DNA of 64,000 nucleotides from Octopus sinensis. Taxonomy: Eukaryota. Made by a program: the position numbers and the translations under genes. The notes beneath the pieces were generated by a model. That model saw only the letters and a list, made by a program, of their open reading frames with translations. It ran no database searches and was not told the origin of the DNA. This document shows positions 40,797 through 52,399 of the stretch, piece after piece (positions within the stretch are counted from its first letter, which is position 1; every line of letters begins with the position of its first letter). The stretch is from NCBI RefSeq assembly GCF_006345805.1, contig NC_043008.1, forward strand, positions 72,230,001-72,294,000, in the 5' to 3' direction.

Positions 40797-41596
40797 TTCT
40801 GTTCATTCTATTATCATGTACAAGGTTAAACATTGTTTTAAAATTCATATAATGGCGGTACGAAATGTTGAACGGTTAAATGGCTTGACTTTTAACTTAG
40901 GTGCTAAAGGTTTAATCAATACAAAAAAAAATCTCATAGCATTTTATTGGTTCCTTTATTTAATGTTACCAAATTTCAGTCAGTAAATCTAAGGAATTGC
41001 TTTGTAATTTATTGGTTGTGTTTAGAAAAGAATCAAGTAAAATATGCATTATACAAGACCAATTATGAGACTGTTGCCGCTCTGTGTATAGCAATATAAA
41101 TGCTAGCCTCGATTTACTTCATCTGGTCCTTAAGTTCCTTAACTTTCAGGGGCCAAAATTCTGGCTGTGGTAAAAAGTGCTTAGCTTCCACACTATAGAG
41201 CAAAGTTGGTACAAATATCTAATACTTTATAGTTAGATCTGGAGGGAAATTAGCACGAAATTCTGTCTTGAATGGTATAAAAACTCTGCAAGCTGGGCTT
41301 TACTACTTTGTTCATGTTTATTGATTTTCTGTACTGTACCAAGTTAGATTTAGAAACTGGAATATCAGCGGGACCCAAACATCAAAATTTTCCTACAAGA
41401 CAGAAGGTATTTTATAGAGCAAATACGAACATGCTGAAGCAAAATTTCCATAAGAATATGAGTGTTGCTTCGTTGTCCAAGAGCTAACCCACTATAGTGC
41501 ATACACGAAGTCACAAGATATGTCAGAATTAGTAAACATATCTAGTTCAAATTACATTTTACCATTTTAGGAAACAAAGTAATATATCGCATAATG

Positions 41597-41750
41597 TAAA
41601 CGTTAGCTCGCCGGGCGAAATGCTAAGCAGCATTTCCTTCTGAGTTCAAATTCCACCGAAGTCGACTTTGTCTTTCATCCTTTCGGGGTCAAAACATAAT
41701 CGTCTGGCCCTATCCCCCAAAATTTCGGGCCTTGTGCCTAGAATAGAAAA
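41597..41750 (+). mobile_element. tRNA-derived SINE, internally deleted
   Basis: B-box GAGTTCAAATTCC and tttcggggtc body. Confidence 0.85.
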
Positions 41751-42743
41751 CATATCGCATAATGTATTATAAATTATATAATGACAATAAAAATATGGGA
41801 TTTCTATGCCTGTGTTAACTCTAAGAGGTTAGCAACAGTCAAAATCAGAGCGACATTATATTTCAAATTTTATGATTGAAAGCGTTTCAAATGTGGCCAT
41901 CCCTTAGTGTAAGAGGTGCCTAGAAGTATGTTATCCAATAGTTAAGATTTGAGTCTGATTTGAGTTCGACTTGGTTGCTATTTCTAGCGGTTTGCGCACT
42001 CACATACAGCTCGTTTCTTTGGCTAGTAGTAAAAGTGTATTGTCACGTCGTCTGCCCAAATAACAGATCAATCTATCGTAGGAAATTCCCAGAGTCATGC
42101 AACACCACTAGTGGACTTTGGCAAGCTGATACAACTAGCTCAACATCATTACGTTACACTAATTAAACCACAGTGAAATAGTTACTAAATGTGATATTGA
42201 AGAACGTTACTGAATATACACCAGACTTGGAGGAAAGCTGATATCGCCAGATTAGGTTGATTAATTTCGTTAAATTAATTAAAGCAAAAAGTTGTAATTG
42301 CATTTTCGAATAAATTGTAAAATTAATTGTTACTGTTTTGAATTTTATTAAGTTATTTCCTTCCATAGTTTTGCAAGAATTTACCATATTATTTAATTAC
42401 TGTTATTAATTCCTTACTATTGCACCAACTGCCTCATTAGTGTTGAAAGAGTAGAAAGTGAGGGAGCCACAGCTGGTAGGTTTGGGCTATATAACCCAAC
42501 CATAAATCAGTATGGCCGCATATAGACCAGTTCGGAAATAAAGCAGCATCGTATACCATTTTGCATGAAGCTGGGACTTAACAAGGTTTGGAGACGAACT
42601 TCAACAGGAAAACTGCTTGAACTCTTTCCCTTGTGACATTGGGACATAGGGTTACCCTGAAACTGAAAATTAAATCCATATGCTTTTAGTTGGGTAGATT
42701 CCAGATTCCTTTGCAAGAACTTAATACAAAACAAGGAGAGTGA

Positions 42744-42914
42744 TTAGCGGCATTTCGTCCGTTCCTACGTTCTGAGTTCAAATTCCACTGATGTCGACTT
42801 TGCCTTTCATTCTTTCGAGGTTATTGAAATAACTACCAGTTACGCGCTGGGATCGATGTAGTCGACTAGAGTTCCACCCAAAAATTTCAGGCCTGTACCT
42901 ATAGTAGAAAGGAC

Positions 42915-42915
<1 letters not shown>
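42744..42915 (+). mobile_element. tRNA-derived SINE, 5'-truncated
   Basis: ttagcggcatttcgtcc...ctgagttcaaattcc; followed by (TTA)n. Confidence 0.88.
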
Positions 42916-42948
<33 letters not shown>

Positions 42949-43052
42949 GTTGTTGTTGTTGTTGTGTTGTTGTTGTTATTGTTATTATTTTATTATTATT
43001 ATTATTATTATTGTTGTTGTTGTTGTTGTTGTTATTATTATTATTATTATTA

Positions 43053-43103
<51 letters not shown>

Positions 43104-43118
43104 CATCATCATCATCAT
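42916..43118. repeat. (TTA)n/(TTG)n/(ATC)n microsatellite
   Basis: Direct reading. Confidence 0.95.
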
Positions 43119-43504
43119 TCAGTAGTTTTATTTTTATAGCGTGCTTTCACTTCACTACCGAGCGCAGCTCTGTGTGCCTTGGGTATGTGCTGTGATTTGT
43201 TGTGATGCTCTGATGGTTATTGTATGGAAAGTGTTCTGCGTAGGATGTGTGCAGTGCCTAGTAGTGCAATTTTCTGTATGTTATATGTGTTTGTAGGTCC
43301 TGGTGTTTTTGTTATGTATTTGTCTGAATATTTTTTTATCATGCCTAATGCACCTAGGAATTGTTTCTGTTTTTAGATTCCACATTCTGGTTATTTCTAT
43401 TTCCAGGTCTTTGTATTTTGAAAGTTTCTCCATTTCTTTTAGAGACACGTTGTCATCTGCTGGTATTGATACATCAATTAGAAAGCATTTTTTTCTTCGT
43501 GGTC
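43119..43504 (-). mobile_element. Young 5'-truncated copy (last ~385 bp) of the same subfamily as 31311-35416
   Basis: KKCFLIDVSIPADDNVSLKEMEKLSKYKDLEI and the 3' UTR are nearly identical to 35030-35416. Trinucleotide repeats lie on both sides. Confidence 0.95.
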
Positions 43505-43531
43505 TTATTATTATTACTATTATTATTATTA

Positions 43532-43579
<48 letters not shown>

Positions 43580-43639
43580 TATTATTATTATTATTATTAT
43601 TATCATTATTATTAGTATTATGATTATTATTATTATTAT

Positions 43640-44368
43640 TCCTTCGTAACACAGTGTAGTTAAAAATGCACCGGAAACTTTAGTCATCTATCAAGTAACA
43701 ACGAGGATCTCAGACAGGTAATACTTTCCTTAAATGTGCGCTGTGCCCAATAGGGCTCCTTTTTACAAGACATCAATCTTGCGTGGGATTTCCGGTTGCC
43801 TCAAGCAGTCTTAAAGTTTCAATGGGATTGAGCCCAATGCTCCTATCGCCACTGGTATCACTTTTACATCACCCTCTCGCATTCCATACAATCTTGCCAT
43901 TTCCACTTTCAATTCGGAGTACTTGGTGATTTTTTCAGCCTCTTTACTCACAGTATACATGTCATTTGCTATGACTTCGTCAATGATCTGACTGTATTTG
44001 TTTCACTTATTCAATATTACAATATCCGGCCGACGTTGTTCGATTACGCGATCCGTCTGAAAATTATAGTCCCAGAGTATCGTTACTTTTCTATCCTCTG
44101 ACATATCTTTACTTGGTACATGGTCATACCAGTTCTCTGTTACTTCCTATTGGTACTTACAACATAAGAGCCAATGAAGATACAAACAGACTTCATCGTG
44201 ACGGCGCTTGTATTCTTTTTGTGCAATTCTCTCACATCCACTTACAAAGTGGGTCACATTTTCCACACTCTTTCAACAGAGCCTGCATTTTTGTGTGTTA
44301 GAGGTTTTATAGATGTTATACTTCACTGACGTGGTAGCGAGAGCCTGGTCTTGTGCAGCAATAATCAG
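43640..44368 (-). mobile_element. Dong-like LINE 3' fragment of a different lineage
   Basis: LIIAAQDQALAT, KCRLC, KEYKRRHDEV, RRPDIVILN, KITKYSEL and IPVAIGALGSIP; its own 3' UTR is followed by (AAT)n. Confidence 0.88.
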
Positions 44369-46150
44369 GTAATTTCTTGTAGGAAGGCTTTGATTTTGTG
44401 CTGCAATTAAGAATACTTCAGTTTCTGCTTTGAGTTCTAAGTTTCTAAGCCATTTTTGCTGGAATTTTGCTTTGTCTATTTCTTTTCTGCTTATTTTAAC
44501 CTAGTATTTGCCACGAAGGGGCTTTTCTTAACATCGTTTTATTATGATCCAATTTGTTTCAATTTTAGTTTGGATATCAGTTGTTCTATAGATTTCGTTG
44601 TTGCTTCTTTTTCTCCTTGTTAGGTACTATAACTACATTTTGTATTTGTCAGCTTCCTTAAAAACAGAAAACGGTTATTTTGTTTTGTTCGTGTTTTGTG
44701 GCTATTTGTATTAGTGTTCTTCTGAAGTAGGTATTCCTCTAGTCCTCTAGTGGTTATTTTGTAATAATTTTCTAGCTGTATAAGGACTCTTCCCTCTAGC
44801 ACCTTCCATACGTTGTATATATAACCTTTCTATGTCAGATTTGGGTGGTGCATCCTAAATCCTGTCATTATTTTCCTAGTTTTCCTGTCTATTTTGATTA
44901 GTTCATTTAGAGTCCAGTTCAGAATAATATAGATGTAACTTATAAATGGGATGGGTAGAGCGTTGATACCTATTATCTTGCTTTATTTTCATTGAGCTTT
45001 GTTTTTAGTGTTAAGCTAACTCGTCTATAGTATTCTTTTCTTACTTTCTCTTTCATTTACGCGTGTGTTGTATTGTATGTCAGGCTTTGGTTTAATTCTC
45101 TTATTTCATTTGCTTTATCTAACGTGACGTTGCTTCTGTTAACTGTTTTCCTCTTTTCAATGTTGCTTTGGCACAAGCCTAATTTCATGTTTATTTCTTT
45201 GGTAAATCCATGTATTGTCTGTAGTGATGTTTCCGTACAGTTTTAGGTCATCCATATATATGAGGTGGCTGATTGTTTTGCTGTAACAGCTGTATTCACA
45301 TCCTGTTCTGATTAGCATGTCAGATAAAGGTATCAGAGCCAACCAGAAAAGGCGTGGAGAGAGCGTGTTTCCCTGGAATATTCTTCTTCTAGTGGGGATG
45401 GCTTTGATTTTTATTTGTCCCTCTTTTGTCTGGAGCTGTAGCATAGTCTGACATTTTTCATGGAATGTTTTATATATTTTATGATTATTGGTGCTATTTT
45501 GTTCATGGCTAGTGTTTCTGGGATCTGTGTGTGGGGAATACAATCAAAAGCCTTTCGGTAATCGATCCAGGCCGTACATAGACACTTCTTCTTTCTGTGG
45601 CTGTTTACAGGTATGGCTTTATTGATTTTTAGTTGATCTTTACAACCTTATAAGCCTTTGCAGCATCCCTTCTGCTCTTCTGGAAACAGGTTATTTTCTT
45701 CCAGACGTTTGCTCATTCTCTGCGATATTATTGCAGAAACGGCTTTGTAAATTACATTGAGACACTTTATCGGTCTGTAATTGTGTGGGCTTCACGTTTC
45801 AGTGGATTTGGGAATTAGGATAGTTTTCCCTTCCATGAGCTATCAGGCATTGCCTCTGTCTCTATTAGTATTTCCTTAAATTTCTCAACTAGCTTTGTAT
45901 GTGTTCTTGTTAGGTATTTTAACTAAAAGTTGGGGATCTTGTCGTACCCGGGTGCCTTCCAGTTGCTTAGAGCCTGGATGACTTCTTCAGTTGTTATGGG
46001 GATCCAGAGTTATTCAGGTGCTGTATTCGTTATTTTAATAAACCTTTGCTGAGGTTGTTCCTCCACCGACCATATTTCTTTCCAAAATTCTTCCACTTCT
46101 GCTGTTGGTCCTGCTTTGGTCTCTAGTGGAACGTGTAGATTTTGAACGTT
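44369..46150 (-). mobile_element. Older Dong-like fragment (RT region) related to 31311-35416
   Basis: EVEEFWKEIWS, IFQGNTLSPRLF, HLIYMDDLKLYG, MLEGRVLIQLENYYKITT and FLIAAQNQSLPTRNY. Confidence 0.9.
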
Positions 46151-46152
46151 CT

Positions 46153-46154
46153 GT

Positions 46155-46199
<45 letters not shown>

Positions 46200-46217
46200 G
46201 TCATCATCATCATCACC

Positions 46218-46251
<34 letters not shown>

Positions 46252-46261
46252 TCATCATCAT
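46153..46261. repeat. (ATC)n/(CAC)n microsatellite
   Basis: Direct reading. Confidence 0.95.
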
Positions 46262-47010
46262 TTAACCTTATTGCAATCCATTATGTGATCCGAGTAAAAC
46301 TTGAGAATCATGTGGGTTCTGGTTAATCTGAACTCACGGCAATCTTTGTTCTTAGTTTTAACGTAGTCTAGCTTGTGCCTGTTTTCAAATTAGGGATGCT
46401 TCCAGGTGATTTTGTATTTTTCTGCCTGTTGAAACACTGTATTTGTAATGGTTAAATCTTTTTGTTGACAAAAAACAGCAGTCGCAAACCGCTTTCATTC
46501 ATCGTTCCTGCTCGATGCTTTTCTATTACTCTTGACCACACTGTGTGTTTGTTGCCTATTCTAGCATTGAAATCGCCCATCATTACGAATTTGTCATGGT
46601 ATGCAATTTTACTGATAACTGTCTGTAGTTTGGAGTAGTTGTTATGTTCCCGTTCGCATGTTGATAAGGTAGGTGCATTATTCAGTGATAATGTACATCG
46701 ATGAGGATTTTGTTATCGATATATGGAATGCCATGAGACGCCCGTCAACAGCATGTGGGATGGATAGCAATTTGTAAAGTAGATTCCATTTAGTGGCAAA
46801 GCCAACATCATGAATTCTTGGTTCATTTACTGGCTTTCCACTCCCCAAAAATATATAACCACTTCCAACTTCTAATTCACTAGTGTCCGCAAACCTGGTT
46901 TCACTTAGAGCAGCAATATCAATATTATATTAATATTACATTTCAATGATATTCCAGTATGCTTTCATAGATTACCATGAAAGTGCAAAATTCCAGTTTC
47001 GTACAGGAGT
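46262..47010 (-). mobile_element. RTE-clade LINE AP-endonuclease domain remnant
   Basis: NIDIAALSETRFAD, GSGYIFLGSGKPVNEPRIHDVGFA, and a downstream GDFNAR-type motif region. Many stops and shifts. Confidence 0.82.
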
Positions 47011-47059
47011 TCTATTAAACATGAAAGGGTAAAGTTCCAGATCAATGAAAAATCCCAAG

Positions 47060-47358
47060 TAAGTGATTCTATGTAAATTACCGTTTGCTGATGATTGGAC
47101 TTTCATTTCTCATATATTTGGGAGAATTCAGGAAACGGTCGACAGGTTTCCTGCGGCAGATATTGCATTTGGACTGATTAACAGCATCAAGAAGACTAAA
47201 GTTTTATTCAAAGCAAAGCCTGGGCATCATATACTCAAGATTCAAACGTGATGACAAACAACAACTCAGTTAAATGGGTCAAGTAATTTAAATATCTTAG
47301 AAGTACAGTAAACATTAATAGTACTCTTAATGACGAAATCAATGTTAGAATATCAGCA
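47060..47358 (+). mobile_element. RTE-clade LINE reverse-transcriptase fragment, opposite orientation to the EN piece
   Basis: LPFADDWTFISH...AFGLINSIKKTKVLF...FKYLRSTV...LNDEINVRIS. Confidence 0.85.
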
Positions 47359-48255
47359 CCCACATTTTCTGCTACAACAATACTTGCAGCCTTGATCAAA
47401 TTGTTTGTTTCTGTGATGCTTTTGTTCTGATTTATTTCAGAATTTCATTAACATTTTTCATTTCTTGGTTCAAATTCCACCGATCAACCATTTTAATGTC
47501 GCAAATAATGTCGCTAACGTTCTCTTGTAACCTTGCCTTTATTCTGTCGTAGATTGCATCTTGCCTATCTATCATGTCACGATTAGTTTTATTGTCTTCT
47601 TGGAAACCATCTATATGTGTGTCATTGAGCAAGCTATCATCGTTCCTTTCCTGTGGTTTATTACAGATCCAGCTCTGTTTTCTGCTACGAGATTACTTTT
47701 ATCAGTAGGAACTTGTTTTCATCGTTTTCTCTGCTGCTGTTTTCCAGTACCCGTGCTGCTTCGTGCTCTACCTCTCTTCTCTACTTCGTGCTCTACCTTT
47801 CTTCCCTACTTCGTACTCTACTTCTCTGCACCAATGATGTTTTCTTGTTGTTCTACCTTTATCACATAATCTCTATTCCGTAAGTTGAAACAATCCTCTT
47901 TTCTCTCCATTTATCATATATATGTTGTTGGTATCCCCTAATATGAACATCACTTTCGCCTGCAGGGTTGCTCAGGTAGTAACACTCCATGACCACAGCA
48001 TTGACTTCTTCGTTCCATCTACGTCATGTGTGCTGCTTCATTAGTGGATAAGACAGGATGGAGTCGGACCAGAATCTCTGAGCCTGCTGAGTGCAACACT
48101 GTCACCATTAAGGACTTCGGTTTCATGACCACCGTTATTCACACTATTTTTTCATTGTCCCCTATATGAGGTAGCGATTATCAGGTTGTGTAATTACCAG
48201 TGTTTTCATTGTGTCACCATCACTCAGGACATGGGGAGATTCCAACCGCTTCCTT

Positions 48256-48258
<3 letters not shown>
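47359..48258 (-). mobile_element. 5' end and N-terminal ORF remnant of a Dong-like LINE
   Basis: NQEMKNVNEILK.IRTKSITETNNLIKAASIVVAENV resembles 54833-55204. It starts immediately after (AAT)n at about 48259-48365 and contains a short internal tandem repeat at about 47755-47825. Confidence 0.75.
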
Positions 48259-48337
<79 letters not shown>

Positions 48338-48495
48338 CATTATTATTATTATTATTATTATCATCATCACTGGTAGTGTTATTTTCATTTTTTACGATTT
48401 GTCATTGTTAATATTTCCTCTGGTCTAACATGAGTGTTGGTTAATTGTCAATAACACTTTTGCGCTAGTACTAGGCTTCGTTCGGGTCTTATCTA

Positions 48496-48992
48496 TCAGG
48501 TCATCCCATAAGTTCTGTCCGATTTTACCGTTTTAAAAATTTAATGAAATTTAATAGTATTTTAGAATGTCTAATGGAATTAAAAATTATTTTACAGAAT
48601 AATAGAATTAAAATTTCTTTGATTAAATCCCTTTCTAACATGGAAGTATCCAAAGATGCACATAATGCTTTAAGACGTCAATAGAGGAAACTCTGCAGCC
48701 GAAGCGAGTCGAAACATACACTCAGTTTAAGGGAAAGAATGCTTGAATGAAAGAACTTGCAGAAGATGGTTTGCAAAATTCAGAAGTTGAGATTTCAACC
48801 TTGACGATGAAGATCGCACTGTTCGTCCAGTTGAGTTTGATGATAAGCTCCTTGAGGAATCACTTGAAGAAAATCCTGCTTTATCAGTTGAAGAATTGGC
48901 AATATAGCTTAGTTCAAACCATATAACTGTTCATCATCATCTTCAGCAACTTGGAAAGGTTTCTAAACTTGGAAAACGGGTCTACTCATCAG
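48496..48992 (+). mobile_element. Mariner (Mos1-like) 5' remnant
   Basis: TA followed by TIR TCAGGTCATCCCATAAGTTCTGTCCGATTT. MEVSK...CLNERTCRRWFAKFRS.DFNLDDEDRT.RPVEFDD...HLQQLGKVSKLGK; truncated before the catalytic core. Confidence 0.9.
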
Positions 48993-49138
48993 CAAATATA
49001 AACTGCTGATTTAATTTCAAAATTAGCCAAAAAATCATTAATTAATAAATATAAGGGTAGCAAAAAATTCTAGAAAAAATTTTCCGCTACCAGCGGTCTA
49101 GTGAGAAAGAAAAAATAGTCAAAGACTATATAATATAC

Positions 49139-49415
49139 ATTCAACAATATAAGGAATGGCCATATAGGACATTCGACTCACTAGAAAGAGCAGCCAAAAC
49201 TCATACCGCTAAATAGTTGTAATTCTGAAATAGAAAGAGAAATAAAAACGTTTACCCCTTTCATCTCTGGACTATGCATAGTTTCGGCAAAACTTTGGCA
49301 AATGAATTAATTAAATTAAATTAAATTCATTTCAGAATTACAACTATTTAGCGGTATGAGTTTTGGCTGCTCTTTCTAGTGAGTCGAATGTCCTATATGG
49401 CCATTCCTTATATTG

Positions 49416-49421
<6 letters not shown>
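49139..49421. repeat. Perfect 93-bp inverted repeats with a 97-bp spacer (MITE-like or fold-back)
   Basis: 49139-49231 is the exact reverse complement of 49329-49421; the right end abuts (TA)n. Confidence 0.9.
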
Positions 49422-49464
<43 letters not shown>

Positions 49465-49926
49465 TTTATATGTATGTATATATATGTGTGTGTGTGTGTA
49501 TCAGTTTAATGCTCTTGTATTCAATAATGACTAGTCTGTCGATTGTTTTTATTTGATTCACTTATGTGCGTGTGTGTGTATGTTTGTGATGTGTATTTAA
49601 TTGGATGTAGCCCAATATGTACGTACTCGGATATAGTGCAACACTTTTAATGAGTATTAAATATTTGAGCGTAGTCCAGCGCCTTGTCAGCGTGGCGAAC
49701 GTGTTTACACGTATTGTGCGAGTGACGGAAGTAATAGACACTCAAAATACATCGTTTCATGCGGAAAGCAGAAATAAATTTTCATGAATATTACTTACTC
49801 GGATATACTGCAACACTTAGTTATTTAATTTAGACTCCATTTGTTGTCTTTATTCACGATTTGTTTTTTTCTTTGACAGATTTCGGATCAGTGTTTTATT
49901 TCTCTCACATGTTCAACGTCCCCGGT

Positions 49927-50785
<859 letters not shown>

Positions 50786-51019
50786 ATTATTATTATTATT
50801 GTTGTTGTTGTTGTTGTTGTTGTTGCTGCTGCTGCTGTTGTTGTTGTTGTTGTTGTTGTTATAAAATCGTACTAAATCGGCTTCTTTTTCTAGGTATGAC
50901 GGATTGTGTCAGCTGCCCACAACCAGCACACACAAATATGACACTTGTTTACCGATCATGCTTCAAGAACCCTGCGGAGAACTCATGCAATTTCAAGCAA
51001 TCATGATTTTTATAGGTCT

Positions 51020-51300
51020 TCTAACTTTATATTTGTTCTAATCTTTTTGAGCCACGTTCGTATTTAGTGTTGATATTTCCAAGCGCTCCAATCACTATTG
51101 GCGTCACGTCCACTTTCTTCATTGCCTACAACCTGCGTGTTTTCACACTTCAATTTATCTTTGTTGTTCACTTTTCTTTACTTTCTTCAATCCTACTAAT
51201 ACCAGGAAATGCTACATCAATAAACAGGCATATTCTTCTTTTCAGTTCTCCACAATATTTCCGATGTTTAAACCAACGGTCACAGTGAATCATTGCATCC
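51020..51300 (-). mobile_element. Degenerate Dong-like RLE fragment
   Basis: Reverse complement of NMCLFIDVAFPG and the V.P.VIGALG-type C-terminal motif. Confidence 0.65.
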
Positions 51301-51415
51301 CACAGAGTAGGCCAATCCTTATTCCCAGTAACTCTTGCTAATTAGACATATCACATTTTGTATTCACGTTATGCTAATTTCGGGCCTTCACTAACAATGT
51401 ACCACAGTGGTTTTA

Positions 51416-51459
<44 letters not shown>

Positions 51460-51461
<2 letters not shown>

Positions 51462-52385
51462 TTCATCATTTCACCACTTCTGTTTTGACAAGCTTTCCTC
51501 GTCTCGTCAGTATCGTAGCACATTTTGAGAGTCCAATCTCCATCTTAATATCATTGGAGAAAATCCGCACAGACTGAACTAGGCTGTCTAGCTCTCCCTC
51601 AGTTTTTGCGAATAGCTTCTGGTCCTCCATGGATATCAAGTGGTTTAGTTTTCTCTTACTTCTTCCCAGATCATACCCCCAACTTTGTTTTCCTCTCTTG
51701 ATTTTCACCTCTCCTAGCACTTACTTCCCTGCTGCTGTCAATTCCGTTCTCCAGTATTTCATGTTATTCTAAATAATGCTTCTCATAGTCTCTCTTACTC
51801 CAGACATTTCCATTGTTCTTATTATCCAAGACTGCGGTATCATATCATATGCTTTGCGATAGTCAACCCATGCCATATTAGGCTTGTATGTCTTCTCTTG
51901 CAGTTCCTGATAATTAGATTATGAATTAAGAGCTGATTTTACCTTCTCCGGCACCTTTCTCGGCACTCCTTCTGTTCAGTGGGTAGTAGCCCACTTTTTC
52001 TCAAGTATTTGTACAGTTCACTGGCCAAAGCACCTGACACTAGTTTCCACATTAGCGGAAGGCATATTATTGGTTTAAAGTTGAATGCAACATTTTCCTT
52101 TCCAGGATCCTTGGTACCTAACAATGTATTTCCGTTTGTCATCCGACTGGGTACGGTGCCTTCCTTCAAGCACTCATCTAGCTGTTGTGCAATCCTTTAA
52201 TGGAGTCCTCTTCTTCATCCAATACCCTTGGACTCCCTCCGGTCCTGGGCTCTTTCAACTTGGGAATTTTCTTCACTGCTTTTTTTTATCATTTCTGTAG
52301 TTATCTTTATGTCTTCTTGGACTTCTATATTTCTTAACCTATCCTGGATTTCATGCAACCACTCCGCTTTATCATTATGCTATAA
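51460..52385 (-). mobile_element. Dong-like RT fragment
   Basis: HNDKAEWL, FKPIICLPLMWKLVSG, LPTEQKECR, LGEVKIKRG, KLNHLISMEDQKLFAK and GLSKCA; bounded by (TAG)n at 51418-51458. Confidence 0.88.
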
Positions 52386-52399
52386 TAATTATTATTATT

